Shown here: positions 1 through 10,077 of the stretch, one piece after another | Position numbering within the stretch: the stretch's first letter is position 1 | Layout of the letters: each line of letters starts with the position of its first letter | From: Armatimonadota bacterium | GTDB lineage: Bacteria; Armatimonadota; UBA10988 | DNA length: 64,000 nucleotides | Reading direction: 5' to 3' | NCBI GenBank assembly: GCA_016235455.1 | Contig: JACRKZ010000029.1 | Location: 1 to 64,000 of the forward strand | Made by a program: the position numbers and the translations under genes | The notes under the pieces: generated by a model | The model's input: the letters and a program-made list of their open reading frames with translations, nothing else | Databases searched by the model: none | Told to the model about the DNA's origin: nothing

Positions 1-87
1 GTCCACCGGCTCGAAAATCGAGCCGTCGGGTGCCGCGGCCGCGATGGCGGCCAGGAGCAGCCAGCGCAGCCACGATCCCGCGGTCAT
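1..87 (-). CDS. N-terminus of a secreted hypothetical protein (runs off the left window edge)
   Basis: ATG at 87-85 overlaps the TGA of the upstream gene (ATGA). Translation MTAGSWLRWLLLAAIAAAAPDGSIFEPVD resembles a signal peptide. Confidence 0.7.
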   Translation of the reverse strand, partial: MTAGSWLRWLLLAAIAAAAPDGSIFEPVD

Positions 88-2327
88 TCCTTGGCTTTGA
101 TGGCGCACATGCGGTCCACGAGCACGGCCTCCATCTCGGTCGGGTTGTTGCTCGGCGCGACCCACACGTAGTAGCCCGGCTTGATGTAGTGAGTGCCCAG
201 ATCCACGGTCTGGTAGCCCTCGGCCACCAGTTCGGTGATGGGCACCGTGCGCTGCACCACACCCCTCGCGCCGGTCGTGTCGTAGATACCGATGGTGAAG
301 GCGGTGCCTTCCTTGGCCTTGGCCGCGCCGCGCAGCGACACGCACACGCGCCACTTCCCACCGGCCAGTTCATCGCCGATGGGGCACTGTATGGCCCACT
401 GGTTGTGGTCTGCCCGCATCCGCGCGGCCTTGCGGTCCGATGCGGCCGGGTCGTCCACACGCGTCACCCAGTCGCCCAGGCCGTGCAGCCGCAGAGCACC
501 GTCCTGCCAGTCGACCCAGTCATCTGCCGGCAAGCCGGCGCACTCCTTGGGCGGCGCGCCGCGCTGGAAGCGGTCTACCAGCGCCGCGGCGAAGGGGTCG
601 AACGGCTGGCCCTCGGCGAACTGGCCGACGTTGTACTTCAGCGAGAGGTCACGCCAGTCGATCGCCGCCTGCGCGGCGTCGGCCGGGCCGGCCCAGGGCA
701 GACCCGCGGCTTTGGCCTGCGCGCGCAGCACGCGATCGCCTTGCAGCCAGACCAACGTCAGCGGCAGCCGCTCGCGCTTCACCCGCGCCAACAGGTCGGG
801 CTGGCCGGCGACCGCCTTCTCCGCGGCGTCGAACAGCTTGCTCGCAGCGGTCAGTTCAGGCAGGCGGAGCCAGTCGGCGGCATTGCCGCGATAGCATCCA
901 AAGTGCAGGTTGGCCTTGGCCGCGGCTGCCTCGCGCAGATCGAGGTAGGCCTGGAGGTGTGGCGCGGCGGCGCCGTAGTAGCCGGTGAGGAACTCGGTGG
1001 TCAGCGCCTGCTCGTCGCGGCTGGGATCCCACAGCAAATGGCCCAGCAGCCAGCCGCGCAGGCGCACGAAGTCGCCGGTGCTCGACCCGGTATCGCCCTG
1101 CTCGAACAGGCCGACGGTGCCATTGTCGACAAAGTAGCGGATGTCCGGCGCCAGACTGGTCAGGTTGGCGTGCGGCAGCAGGTAGTTAGCGAAGTTGGTG
1201 ACGTAGTTCCAGATGAACAACCGCGGCGCGATGGCCCGCCAGCCGGCGATGTCGGCGGCGAAGCTGGCGTTGCGCGGCCCGGTGGCCAGCGGATGCGAGT
1301 AGTCGCACTCGATGCTGCACAGCCGCACCACGACGTTCGGTCGCGGCTTGATAGCGCGCGGTGGCTTGCGGCTGGCCTGGTAGGCCAACGTCTCCACCAG
1401 CGCATCGGGGAACTCCTTGGCCACGGCGTCGGCCACGTCGTTGACGAACTCGAGCAACGGGCCCGCCTGCGAGCCCTCGCGCTCGATGACCTGGCGGCAG
1501 GCCGCGCACTCGCACCAGCCGGCCCAGTCGTTCTGGCTCACCGAGATGATGCCCGCGTTCGGGTTCTCGCGCAGCCGCGCCAGCACCTGCTTCTTCATTT
1601 CGGCGCGCGCGCCGGCACTGGACGAGCACAGCTGGCCGCCATCGGCCACGCGCTTGCCGCCGTGCTCGGAGTACCAGTCGGGATGCGGGCCGAAGAAGGT
1701 CCCGGGCGGCAGGAACTGGTAAGCCGTGTGGCACCAGCCGATGATGCTCATGTGCCCGCCGTCGGCCTCGCTGGTGCCGGCGAAATGGCCGTTGCTCTTG
1801 AGGCGCGCGGCGAACCGGCCCTCGAGCGCGTCGCGGTAGAACACCTCGCGGTAGCGGAGCGCGGGCGTGTAGCGTCGCTTCTGGGGCGCGATGGTCAGAC
1901 CCGGCGCCTTGGGCACGAAGCTCTCGCTGCTGGTCCACCAGCGCACGCCGACCACATCCTCGAGGAAGGTGTTGACCGCGTAGAGCGTGCCGCGCGGCGC
2001 CTTGCCGGCAAGCACCAGATGCGGCCCGACCGTCTCAATGACGATGCCGTCGGCACCGAGCCCAGCCAGATCGACCTTGGGCGCCAGCCGGCGCCGGGCC
2101 TCACTGTCGCCGACCAGCAGCAGCGGCTTGCCCTCGGGCGCCCGGCTGGCGGGCACAATGGCCAGCTTGACGCCGGTGCTCTGCTCCAGGTAGCTGGCCA
2201 GCTCCTTGGCGGCCGTCTGGTCAGGCGCCGGCGCGTCGTCGGCGACGACAATGGCGCCGGCCTGGGCCACCGGCAAGGGCTGGGCCTGCATCAGCGCGCA
2301 GTTGAGCAACAGGATCGGCAGCAGCAC
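84..2327 (-). CDS. DUF4838-domain secreted protein (putative glycoside hydrolase-like) with C-terminal CBM-like domain
   Basis: GTG at 2327 after GGGAGAG RBS; signal peptide; GH20b/GH67-like N-domain (AAKELASYL...GTLYAVNTFLE). DUF4838-type motifs QLC, SVSQNDWAGWCECAAC, TLAYQ, IWNY and GLFEQG. Confidence 0.8.
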   Translation of the reverse strand: MLLPILLLNCALMQAQPLPVAQAGAIVVADDAPAPDQTAAKELASYLEQSTGVKLAIVPASRAPEGKPLLLVGDSEARRRLAPKVDLAGLGADGIVIETVGPHLVLAGKAPRGTLYAVNTFLEDVVGVRWWTSSESFVPKAPGLTIAPQKRRYTPALRYREVFYRDALEGRFAARLKSNGHFAGTSEADGGHMSIIGWCHTAYQFLPPGTFFGPHPDWYSEHGGKRVADGGQLCSSSAGARAEMKKQVLARLRENPNAGIISVSQNDWAGWCECAACRQVIEREGSQAGPLLEFVNDVADAVAKEFPDALVETLAYQASRKPPRAIKPRPNVVVRLCSIECDYSHPLATGPRNASFAADIAGWRAIAPRLFIWNYVTNFANYLLPHANLTSLAPDIRYFVDNGTVGLFEQGDTGSSTGDFVRLRGWLLGHLLWDPSRDEQALTTEFLTGYYGAAAPHLQAYLDLREAAAAKANLHFGCYRGNAADWLRLPELTAASKLFDAAEKAVAGQPDLLARVKRERLPLTLVWLQGDRVLRAQAKAAGLPWAGPADAAQAAIDWRDLSLKYNVGQFAEGQPFDPFAAALVDRFQRGAPPKECAGLPADDWVDWQDGALRLHGLGDWVTRVDDPAASDRKAARMRADHNQWAIQCPIGDELAGGKWRVCVSLRGAAKAKEGTAFTIGIYDTTGARGVVQRTVPITELVAEGYQTVDLGTHYIKPGYYVWVAPSNNPTEMEAVLVDRMCAIKAKE

Positions 2328-2376
2328 GGTATCTCTCCCACCACGCCGCGGGCCGCGGCGCACGGTCGACTAGGCT

Positions 2377-2403
2377 ATTCGCCGGTGACACAATCCGTCC
2401 TGC
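2377..2403 (-). promoter_or_regulatory. sigma-H-like promoter GCAGG-N17-CGAAT
   Basis: Minus strand reads GCAGGacggattgtgtcaccggCGAAT, about 50 nt upstream of the 2327 start; the same motif recurs across the window. Confidence 0.6.
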
Positions 2404-2507
2404 CGTCCGTCTCGTCGTTGCGTCGCGGCTGAAGTGGCGCGGCGGCGCTGCCTCTGCCATGTCCGCCTGGGCCGACAGACCGGGCCTGCGTGCCGACGTT
2501 CCGCTGC

Positions 2508-4886
2508 CTACCACGAGATCAGCACCTGGCCCGACACGCCGCGCACCACGAGACACCCGTCTTCGGCGCGCGGCGTGATCCGTTCGTTCTGCACGTACGG
2601 GTAGCGCGGCTCGCGCAGGAACGTCACCTGCTCGGCCGTGCCGGGCTCGGGGTAGAAGCGCAGCAGTGCATCGCGCAGCCCGCCGACCAGCAGGCGTCGG
2701 CGGATGCCGATCTCACCCGAGTGCTGCTCGACGCAGGACACCACGCCGCTCGCCTGCTCGACGAACACGCGGCACTCGCGGTGCCAGGCGCGTGGCAAAT
2801 GATAGACCGCCCGGCCGTCGACCAGCCTCGCCTCGGCGCCAATCAGCAGCGGCGCGCCTTGCGGCAGCCGCAGGCGCAGGCCGACGGTGGTGTCGGGCAC
2901 GTAGCCTGAGAGGAACCAGCCACCGCGGCACAGAGCCATGCAGGTCAGCGGTACGCGTTGGTCGGCACTGACCTGGTCGAACGAGATGTGGTAGCCCAGC
3001 CGCTCGACAGCCACGCGCAGCAACGCCCCGCCCGGGTACGCCTCGCTGGCCGGATGGCGGCCCACCAGATGCGCGCCCCGATGCAGGAACTGCGTATCGG
3101 CGCCGCGCACCCAGGCCAATGTCCCGCGCACGCTGGCCGCCACGCGCGGGCCGGCGTGAGTCTCCAGGATGGCCAGGTGGGAGCCGTCGTCGGCCGGTGC
3201 CTCGGCCACGGGCCCGCCGCTGAGCAGTGCGTTGTGCGTGACCGCGGTGGCCACGGCGCCCTCGGCGACGTCGTCGATCTGGCGTTGCAGAACCATGGTC
3301 ATCGGCCCATCGACCGGCTCGGACAGCTCGATACCCAGCAGATCCCGCCAGGCGGGATCGGCGTGCCGGGTGGTGCCGTAGAGCAGCAGCCGGCCGCCCG
3401 CCTGCACGTGGGCCAGCAGCGCTTGCGACAGCGGGGTACCGGCATCGGGCACGGGCGTGACGAACACCCGCGAGCGCCACTGCGGCTGCTCGGCGCAGGC
3501 CAGCCAGTTGGTGGTCGAGATCACGCTGTTGAGCGGTAGTCCTTCGTTGATGGCGGAGCGGATCAGCCAGTCGCCGAAGAACACCTCGCGCAACCGGGAT
3601 CCGTCGCCGTCGAACGTCTGGGCGTGGTACTCATCGAACGGGTAGACCCAGACCAACGGACCGGGCTCGTCGGGTGCATGGTCGAGCGCGGAGGACAGGT
3701 GCGGAATGACCTCGCGCGGCACCTGATCGGGCATGGCGCCGTAGGAGTCGTCCGCGGTGAGCAGCGCTACGCTGCTGGGCCGCCGCACCCGACCCTCGCC
3801 GTCCACCCGCGCCACCGAGAGCGGCAGGTAGATGTCGTGCGGCTCCCGGCCATAGCGGTCGAGCCAGGGGCTGTTGAGCCACCACGGGTCGTGGATGTAG
3901 AAGCGGAACGGGAAGCGGCTGTCGGGCAGCTCGGCGATGTGCGACAGGTAGCCGGCCAACTCGAAGCCGAAGTCGCCATTGAGCGCCGCCCACGGCGAGT
4001 TGGGCGGCGGCATGAGGCCGAAGTCGCCGCGGTAGATCTCGGCCAGGGGCACGGCATCGCTGGCCAGATCGATGCCCGTGGTCAGGTTGGTGCCGCGGGT
4101 CTCCAGCGGGTACTCCGGGCACTCGGCGCGGAACAGCCGCCAGAACTCGAGCTGCTTGGCCCGCAACGCCGCGACGCCCGACGCATCGAAGCGCTCACCA
4201 TCGAATACCGCCCCGGTGGTGGCCCAGGTCTCCATGCCGAAGCCGAAGCCATTGGACAGCCACAGGTAGTCGAAGCCCAGATCGCGCAGGAAGTGCTGGC
4301 TCTGCCGGCCGAGGAAGGTGCCCAACGGCGTGTCCTCGGGGATCCCCTGGGGGAAGCCAGCGTAGGCCACGTCGTCGCCGCGGAGCCGGCCGTAGCAGCA
4401 GACGAAGCTGGTGCGGCCCATGGTGCCGGCCAGACAGATCTCGTTGTGCCGTTCGTACTTGAACGGCGAGAGAGCAAACTCCGGGCCGGGGTCGAACGTG
4501 GCGCCGACCCGAATGGGCCGGTCGGCCACTTCCTGCCCGACGCGCCGCAGCGCGGCGACGATGTCGGCCAGCGAGCGGTAGCTGAACTCCGGTGGGTCGG
4601 GCCGGTAGAGGTAGGCGCGGCTATGCAGGCAGACGCCCTCGGGGTCGCCGGCCATGGGATGCCGCGGGTTGGCCCCGCCGATGTAGCGCGCCCACTCCAA
4701 GGGCGCGTCGAGCGTGCCGCGGTAGTCGAGGATCTCGCTACCGTCCGCCGTCCAGAGCATGACCGAGACCATGCGGGCACGGTCGGTCAGCGGCTTCCAC
4801 TGGGCGAACAGGCGCCGACACACGGCGTCGATATCGGGTTCCCAGAAGGGCTTGAGCGAGAGTTCCAGGGTGACATTGTCGAGCAT
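2508..4886 (-). CDS. conserved hypothetical protein (~792 aa), possible TIM-barrel glycoside hydrolase with GATase-like middle domain
   Basis: ATG at 4886 (MLDNVTLELSLKPF) just after the upstream stop; FDYLWLSNGFGFG motif; 'HVQAGGRLLLYG' resembles GH42-type trimerisation domains; no signal peptide. Confidence 0.7.
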   Translation of the reverse strand: MLDNVTLELSLKPFWEPDIDAVCRRLFAQWKPLTDRARMVSVMLWTADGSEILDYRGTLDAPLEWARYIGGANPRHPMAGDPEGVCLHSRAYLYRPDPPEFSYRSLADIVAALRRVGQEVADRPIRVGATFDPGPEFALSPFKYERHNEICLAGTMGRTSFVCCYGRLRGDDVAYAGFPQGIPEDTPLGTFLGRQSQHFLRDLGFDYLWLSNGFGFGMETWATTGAVFDGERFDASGVAALRAKQLEFWRLFRAECPEYPLETRGTNLTTGIDLASDAVPLAEIYRGDFGLMPPPNSPWAALNGDFGFELAGYLSHIAELPDSRFPFRFYIHDPWWLNSPWLDRYGREPHDIYLPLSVARVDGEGRVRRPSSVALLTADDSYGAMPDQVPREVIPHLSSALDHAPDEPGPLVWVYPFDEYHAQTFDGDGSRLREVFFGDWLIRSAINEGLPLNSVISTTNWLACAEQPQWRSRVFVTPVPDAGTPLSQALLAHVQAGGRLLLYGTTRHADPAWRDLLGIELSEPVDGPMTMVLQRQIDDVAEGAVATAVTHNALLSGGPVAEAPADDGSHLAILETHAGPRVAASVRGTLAWVRGADTQFLHRGAHLVGRHPASEAYPGGALLRVAVERLGYHISFDQVSADQRVPLTCMALCRGGWFLSGYVPDTTVGLRLRLPQGAPLLIGAEARLVDGRAVYHLPRAWHRECRVFVEQASGVVSCVEQHSGEIGIRRRLLVGGLRDALLRFYPEPGTAEQVTFLREPRYPYVQNERITPRAEDGCLVVRGVSGQVLISW

Positions 4887-4888
4887 GG

Positions 4889-6370
4889 TCAGGCTCCCGC
4901 GCGCTGCACCACGACGCATTCGATGCCCAGTACCCGCGCCAGCCGCTCTAGCGTGGCGGCGTGGTGGCCGACGCCGAGCGCGAAGTGGTGCGTCGGCCCG
5001 GCCAGGCACCAGCGCTCAAGGAAGTCGGCGATGTCGGGGCCGAACCGGCCGCGCGTGTTGGTGTTGCCCGTGGCCGGGATCTGGCCCGGCAGCGATTCGC
5101 CTTCGGCCACGACGAAGCGGAACCGGCCGTCGGCGGTCTGGGTCAGACCCAGCAAGGTGATGGCACCGTGGCGGATGGCGAACTCGACGCCAGGCCCGCG
5201 GCCCGACTTACCGTGCAGCACCGTCAGGCCCCGCAGCACCGGCTTGCCCTGGGCGATGCCCACATGGTGCGGGCCGTCGTGGCCGACCAACACGAAGTTG
5301 CCGCCGAAGTCGATGGGATGGATCTCGGCGAACGAGCCACCGGCGCCCAGGCGGTCCATGATCAGCATGGCCACGCAGTTCTTCAGGTCCAACTCGCCGG
5401 CGATGGGCACCCCGCGCCCGGTCAGCAACGAACTGCCCACGGCGAACGAGCAGCCCAGGCGCTCGTTGGCGTTCTGCTCGCGGCCGCGGTAGTAGTAGGC
5501 CAGCCCGTCCAGGCCGTAGCGCTCGACGAACTGCTCCAGCCCGAGCGCCACGCGCGCCGCCCAGCGCAGCTCGCTCTCGTCCACCGGCCCGGCGATCGGG
5601 TCGCTGCCCGGCTGGGGGAAGTCGAACAGTTCCCGGATGAGCGCCACCTGCGCGTCGATCTGCGCCTCGGTGATGACATCGACGATGACGGCCAGATCGT
5701 CCAGTTCCAGATGCTCGACGTGCGGGCCGAGCAGCCCTTCGACCATCGTCGGATCGGAGTTCATGTCCAACATGCCTTCGTAGACGTGGCCCATGAGCCC
5801 CAGTCGCCCGCGCCGCAGCACACGCAGCACCCGAGCGATGTCGCACCAGGCCTTGAGTCTGCCCCAGGCGCGCGGGTCGTCGCGCAGCCGGCCGACGATG
5901 GCGTCAGCCGGCTCCAGGTTGGCGCGACGCAGCGCGCAGCAGATTTCGGGCAGGCTGCAGATATTGTCGTTGCAGAGCTGGGCGTAGGTGGTGGCGTTGG
6001 CGTAATCCAGCGCCATGTCCGGCTGCAGGGCAGCCAGAACCAGGGGCCGGCCCGTGCGACGGGCGATGGGCATGACATCGGCCGACGGCGTGTAGGTGGC
6101 CAGGAAGGCGATCACCAGATCGACGTCGGCGGCGTGCAGGCGGTCGGCCAGTTCACCGGCGCACTGCGGGCTATCGCTCATGCCGACATCGATGACCTCG
6201 ACGCCCAAGTCCGCCAGCTGCGCGGCAAACTCCGCGTGGTAGCCCAGCAACTGGTCCTTCAGGCCGTCGAATTGCGGCCAGTAGAGGTAGTGGCCCAAGC
6301 TGACCAGGCCCACGCGCGCCGGCGCGGGTTGACGACGGAAGTAGGTATCGAAGACGCTTTCGGTGGCCAT
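4889..6370 (-). CDS. L-arabinose/L-fucose isomerase family protein
   Basis: Motifs AGELDLK, GGSFAEIH, GHDGPHH, GNTN and GPTHHFALG. Start MATESVF at 6370. Confidence 0.85.
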   Translation of the reverse strand: MATESVFDTYFRRQPAPARVGLVSLGHYLYWPQFDGLKDQLLGYHAEFAAQLADLGVEVIDVGMSDSPQCAGELADRLHAADVDLVIAFLATYTPSADVMPIARRTGRPLVLAALQPDMALDYANATTYAQLCNDNICSLPEICCALRRANLEPADAIVGRLRDDPRAWGRLKAWCDIARVLRVLRRGRLGLMGHVYEGMLDMNSDPTMVEGLLGPHVEHLELDDLAVIVDVITEAQIDAQVALIRELFDFPQPGSDPIAGPVDESELRWAARVALGLEQFVERYGLDGLAYYYRGREQNANERLGCSFAVGSSLLTGRGVPIAGELDLKNCVAMLIMDRLGAGGSFAEIHPIDFGGNFVLVGHDGPHHVGIAQGKPVLRGLTVLHGKSGRGPGVEFAIRHGAITLLGLTQTADGRFRFVVAEGESLPGQIPATGNTNTRGRFGPDIADFLERWCLAGPTHHFALGVGHHAATLERLARVLGIECVVVQRAGA

Positions 6371-6434
6371 GCACTGCTCCAGCCACGGCTCCGAGCCACG
6401 GCTGAGGCAAGGGTTGCAGGTCACACGGCCGGCG

Positions 6435-8081
6435 TCAAGGCCGCCAGCGGTCCGGCGCCAGTAGGTACTTGGCGCACAAGCCGCGCAGTTCGGCCGCCTC
6501 GGCCTTCACGCGCCAGTCGGGCGAGAAGGGCGTGAGGTGCTGCCGCATCATGAACTCATACGGGCGCTCGTCGCTCGGCGCCAGCTTGCTCTCGTCGACT
6601 CGGCTGACCGCCGCCGCCTGCACGCCGGGGCACAGCCATTGGGCGATCTCCCAGAAGCGGTCGAGGCCCCAGAAGATGCTGTAGCGCTTGGTCTGCGGAT
6701 CGCGATTCACCTCCATGTAGCAGCCCGCATAGGGCAGGATGACGTCCAGCGGATGCTCGACAAAGCACTGAATGTCACGGCCCATCTTCTCGCGGTAGAA
6801 GCGCATGGCCTTGACGTCTTCGACGGAGGCGCCGAAGGTGTCACAGTAGAACAGGCCAAAGCCCTGGTCGATGAGCCGTTTGAACCGGCCCCACATGACC
6901 TCGAGGTGCGCCTGGTCGCCGGCATTGATGCGCAGTGTCCAGTCCTGGGTCCAGTTGCCGCGGAAGACGAACTCGCCCGGCCGCGCGCACGCGCCCAACC
7001 GCAGGCCGGCCTCGGCGAACTTCGCCTTGAGCAGCGGCAGGTTGCGTTCCACCTCCGGCGGCAGCACATCGAAGTCCGGCCGGTACATGGCACCGCGCCT
7101 CTCCCACCCGCCGAGTGCCCAGATGATCACGCCTTGGCCGCCGCCATCGCGCAGACCCGGCACCACCATGTCGCAGAACCGCTGCGCGCCGTCGGCCAGG
7201 TCCACCCGCCGCGCGTCGCCATGGAACCCGAGCGGATTGTCCGGCTTGACGCTCACATCATCGGCCAACACCGCCTGACTCAACGGCCGATGGTCGGCGT
7301 TGTAACGAACCGGTCCGAATTGCGCGGTGAACTCCTCCCGGTAGGGAGCGAGCAGGTGCTTCCACTCGCGGTCGGCGCTCACCCGCAGGCGCATGGCGTG
7401 GGTCAAGGCGCCCCCGGGCGGGATCGGCGTGGGTATGGCGTAGTGCAGTCGGCGCGCGCCTGGCGAGCCCTGGCCGCCGTACCACAGGAACGCTGTGTAG
7501 CTGAGCCCGGCCCGCACAGGGCTGGTGCCCACGCCGAAGCGCGCATCGGCGCCGTAGCTGCCGCCCAGCCGGTTCTCGAAGCTCGGGTGGAAGCCACGGT
7601 ACTCGTTGGCATGGCCAGGCCAGGCCAGCCAGCCGGGGTCCTGGCTGACCATGTGGCCCTCGGGCTTGTCGGCAAAGAGGAACGTCAACCCCTCGTAGCT
7701 GATGCATTGCACCGGCTGCTCGGGCCGCAGGTTCTCTGCGCGCGCCGAGATGACCACGTCCTCGCCCGCGAAGCGGTAGTCGTAGCGCACGGCCATTTCT
7801 GGCCCGCTGTGCCGCACCACCACGCGGTCGTCGGCGACCTTCTCGATGGTGCGCTCGGTGACGGTGAAGGGCGCCCAGCGCCCCTGGTTGGTGCGCACGT
7901 AGCTGGCGTCAGCGGCGTGCCACTCACCGGTGGCCACCGTCTGACCGGCCAACTCGATGCGGCTCAGGCCGGCCTCGGTCACGCTGAAGACCGGGCCGCC
8001 GGCAGTTCGATAGACGAACGGCTCGGCGGCCCAGGTGATCGCGCAGGGCAGCAGGACGGCAACGGCATGCCAGAGGCGCAT
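6435..8081 (-). CDS. secreted hypothetical protein, possible novel glycoside hydrolase
   Basis: GAGGAG RBS and ATG at 8081; signal peptide ending AITWA-A; beta-rich N-half and alpha/beta C-half with FYCDTFG and CFVEH acidic motifs. Confidence 0.7.
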   Translation of the reverse strand: MRLWHAVAVLLPCAITWAAEPFVYRTAGGPVFSVTEAGLSRIELAGQTVATGEWHAADASYVRTNQGRWAPFTVTERTIEKVADDRVVVRHSGPEMAVRYDYRFAGEDVVISARAENLRPEQPVQCISYEGLTFLFADKPEGHMVSQDPGWLAWPGHANEYRGFHPSFENRLGGSYGADARFGVGTSPVRAGLSYTAFLWYGGQGSPGARRLHYAIPTPIPPGGALTHAMRLRVSADREWKHLLAPYREEFTAQFGPVRYNADHRPLSQAVLADDVSVKPDNPLGFHGDARRVDLADGAQRFCDMVVPGLRDGGGQGVIIWALGGWERRGAMYRPDFDVLPPEVERNLPLLKAKFAEAGLRLGACARPGEFVFRGNWTQDWTLRINAGDQAHLEVMWGRFKRLIDQGFGLFYCDTFGASVEDVKAMRFYREKMGRDIQCFVEHPLDVILPYAGCYMEVNRDPQTKRYSIFWGLDRFWEIAQWLCPGVQAAAVSRVDESKLAPSDERPYEFMMRQHLTPFSPDWRVKAEAAELRGLCAKYLLAPDRWRP

Positions 8082-8146
8082 GGTCAACTCCTCAGCCGGC
8101 GTTGGCCGGACAGGCAGAGCTTAGCGCATCGGCCAGCCGACCCACA

Positions 8147-8800
8147 TTACGGCGTGATGTAGCCAGGCATGCCACCGGCCAGCGCGCTGAACTGCAGCCA
8201 CTTCACGTGGCCGTCGGCGAAGCCGCAGTTGGAGCCGCTCTGGTGGCGCGTGTTGGCCTCGATCTGGTTGACCGCCTGCGAGGCGTCGAACCATCCCGTC
8301 GAGGCCTTGCCGGCGAACGGGATGACCATCCCGGTGTACAGGTCGGCATACCAGTGCAGCGCATCGGCGATGCACACTACCGAGGCCGGCGACTGCACCT
8401 GGGCCATGGCCTTGCCCATGAGCTGACCGTTGTAGCCGTAGTTGGCAATGAGCTGCACCGTGGCGCTGGAAGCATTGTCCTGCGGGCGGCCCGACGGGCA
8501 GTTGAAGATCTGCCAGTTCTTGATGTAGGGCGTCAACGGGAACCGCCACCAGTTGATGTTGGTGCCGTTGGCTCCCAGGGTCGCACCGGGATCGATGTAG
8601 TTGATCGAGAACGTCTCGTCGTAGTCCTGAACGTACATCATCTCGGCGGTCATCAGCTGTTTCACATTGGACGCGCAGCTCGAGGTGCGTGCCTTCTCGC
8701 GAGCCTTGGCGAAGACCGGAAACAGGATCGCCGCGAGGATCGCGATGATGGCAATGACCACCAGCAACTCAATGAGCGTGAAGCCCTTCCGTCTCATCAT
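8147..8800 (-). CDS. prepilin-type N-terminal cleavage/methylation, DUF1559 / H-X9-DG protein
   Basis: KG|[37 protein letters not shown]; C-terminal [16 protein letters not shown] is an exact H-X9-DG. Confidence 0.92.
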   Translation of the reverse strand: MMRRKGFTLIELLVVIAIIAILAAILFPVFAKAREKARTSSCASNVKQLMTAEMMYVQDYDETFSINYIDPGATLGANGTNINWWRFPLTPYIKNWQIFNCPSGRPQDNASSATVQLIANYGYNGQLMGKAMAQVQSPASVVCIADALHWYADLYTGMVIPFAGKASTGWFDASQAVNQIEANTRHQSGSNCGFADGHVKWLQFSALAGGMPGYITP

Positions 8801-8846
8801 GCACTATGCTCCGGATCCCCTCCCTACCCGCGCTGCATGGTTACCA

Positions 8847-8911
8847 AACATCGATACTATATCATCTCAAAGCGACATACACCCGAGTCGGCGCACCGAT
8901 ATCGTTTGCGC
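8847..8911. promoter_or_regulatory. extended -10 promoter for the leftward operon plus candidate LacI-type operators
   Basis: Minus-strand TGATATAGT at 8864-8856; CG-centred quasi-palindrome aaacATCGATact at 8846-8858; gcgcacCGATATCGtttgcgc at 8891-8911; AT-rich region between divergent genes, one of them a LacI. Confidence 0.45.
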
Positions 8912-8964
8912 AGACGACCGTCCGGCGCCGGGCGCCGGGTCATGCCCCAGGACGCGATGTCGGC

Positions 8965-8994
8965 TTGACGGTTGGCCCTGGCGCGGGCTATAAG
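8965..8994 (+). promoter_or_regulatory. sigma70-type promoter of the LacI gene
   Basis: TTGACG-N18-TATAAG about 40 nt upstream of GTG 9033. Confidence 0.6.
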
Positions 8995-9032
8995 AGGCGG
9001 TCGGCAGGCGGGTGCCGCCGGGAGAACGAGGC

Positions 9033-10052
9033 GTGGCTCAGCGGATACGTATTGCCGACGTGGCCAAGCGCGCGGGCATGTCGGCCAGCACGGTATCGTA
9101 TGTGCTCAACGAGCGCGAGGGCGTGGCCATTTCGGCCGAGACACGGGCACGCGTGCTGGCTGCCGCCAACGAGCTCGGCTACGTGGCCAACCCGGTGGCG
9201 CGGGCCCTGCGCACGGGCCGCACGAACACCGTGGGCTTGTCGGTGGCTGAGCTCACACAGCCCTTTTCGGTGGTACTCCTGACCCATCTCGCCAACATCG
9301 TGGAGGAGTCAGGCTGGTCGACGATGCTGAGGCAATGCGGCCCGGAGCCGGTCAGTCTGGTCGGCTTGCGAGACTCGCTGGCCATGTGGCCGGTGGACGG
9401 GGTCATCGCGCAGACCACGCCCGTCTGGGTGCAGACCTTCCGCGCTGTGAACGAGGCCCGCCGCCTGCCCTTTGTGCGACTGGACTCGCAGCCGCCCAAC
9501 GACAGTGGTGATTACGTATCGTATGAGCTGACCCCGGGCGCTGTCGCTGCCTGCCGGCACCTGGTCGAAGTCGGTTGTCGGCGCATCGCTTTCGTGGCGC
9601 CAGACTATGGTATCGGCCCTGAGTGCCGTCGGCAGGGCGCCTACCTGTCGGTCCTGGCCGAGGCCGGCCTGCCCACGGCCACCATCGCCACCGAGGTCAA
9701 CACCTGCGGGGCCGCCTTCGATGCCGTGCGGCAGCGCCTGGCCGGCGGCGAACGCTACGATGGATTTGCCTGCTACAACGACGACTTCGCCATCGGCGTT
9801 ATCCGGGCCCTGGCCGACGTGGGGCTGCGGGTGCCGCGCGACGCGGCCGTGGTCGGGTTCGACGGCCTGGGTCTGGGCGATTACACCGCGCCGCGGCTGA
9901 GTTCGGTGCGTATTCCGATAGAGGAAGTGGCCACCACGGCCTGGAACTTCCTGCGGGCGCGGTTGGACGGCTCCGACGCGCCGCAGCAGGGCCGAACGTT
10001 CGGCTCGGAGTTGGTCGTGCGCGAGTCCACACGACTCGGGGCCGACCTCTAG
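9033..10052 (+). CDS. LacI family transcriptional regulator
   Basis: HTH IADVAKRAGMSASTVSYVLN; YVANPVARAL hinge; sugar-binding domain with NDDFAIG, VPRDAAVVGFD and LVVREST. Confidence 0.95.
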   Translation: MAQRIRIADVAKRAGMSASTVSYVLNEREGVAISAETRARVLAAANELGYVANPVARALRTGRTNTVGLSVAELTQPFSVVLLTHLANIVEESGWSTMLRQCGPEPVSLVGLRDSLAMWPVDGVIAQTTPVWVQTFRAVNEARRLPFVRLDSQPPNDSGDYVSYELTPGAVAACRHLVEVGCRRIAFVAPDYGIGPECRRQGAYLSVLAEAGLPTATIATEVNTCGAAFDAVRQRLAGGERYDGFACYNDDFAIGVIRALADVGLRVPRDAAVVGFDGLGLGDYTAPRLSSVRIPIEEVATTAWNFLRARLDGSDAPQQGRTFGSELVVRESTRLGADL

Positions 10053-10077
10053 CATGACGAGAGAGGAAGCATCAGGC

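Noticed and set aside
30-2432. 800-aa plus-strand ORF and similar long antisense ORFs (e.g. 3624..5492, 25326..27593, 47415..50639, 55164..56597)
   Set aside because: They are shadows of real genes on the opposite strand, caused by high GC3; composition is low-complexity (R/A/G/V- or S/R-rich) with no family motifs.
8147-8800. Type II secretion / type IV pilus machinery locus
   Set aside because: Only isolated pilin-like genes; no ATPase, secretin, platform protein or prepilin peptidase in the window.
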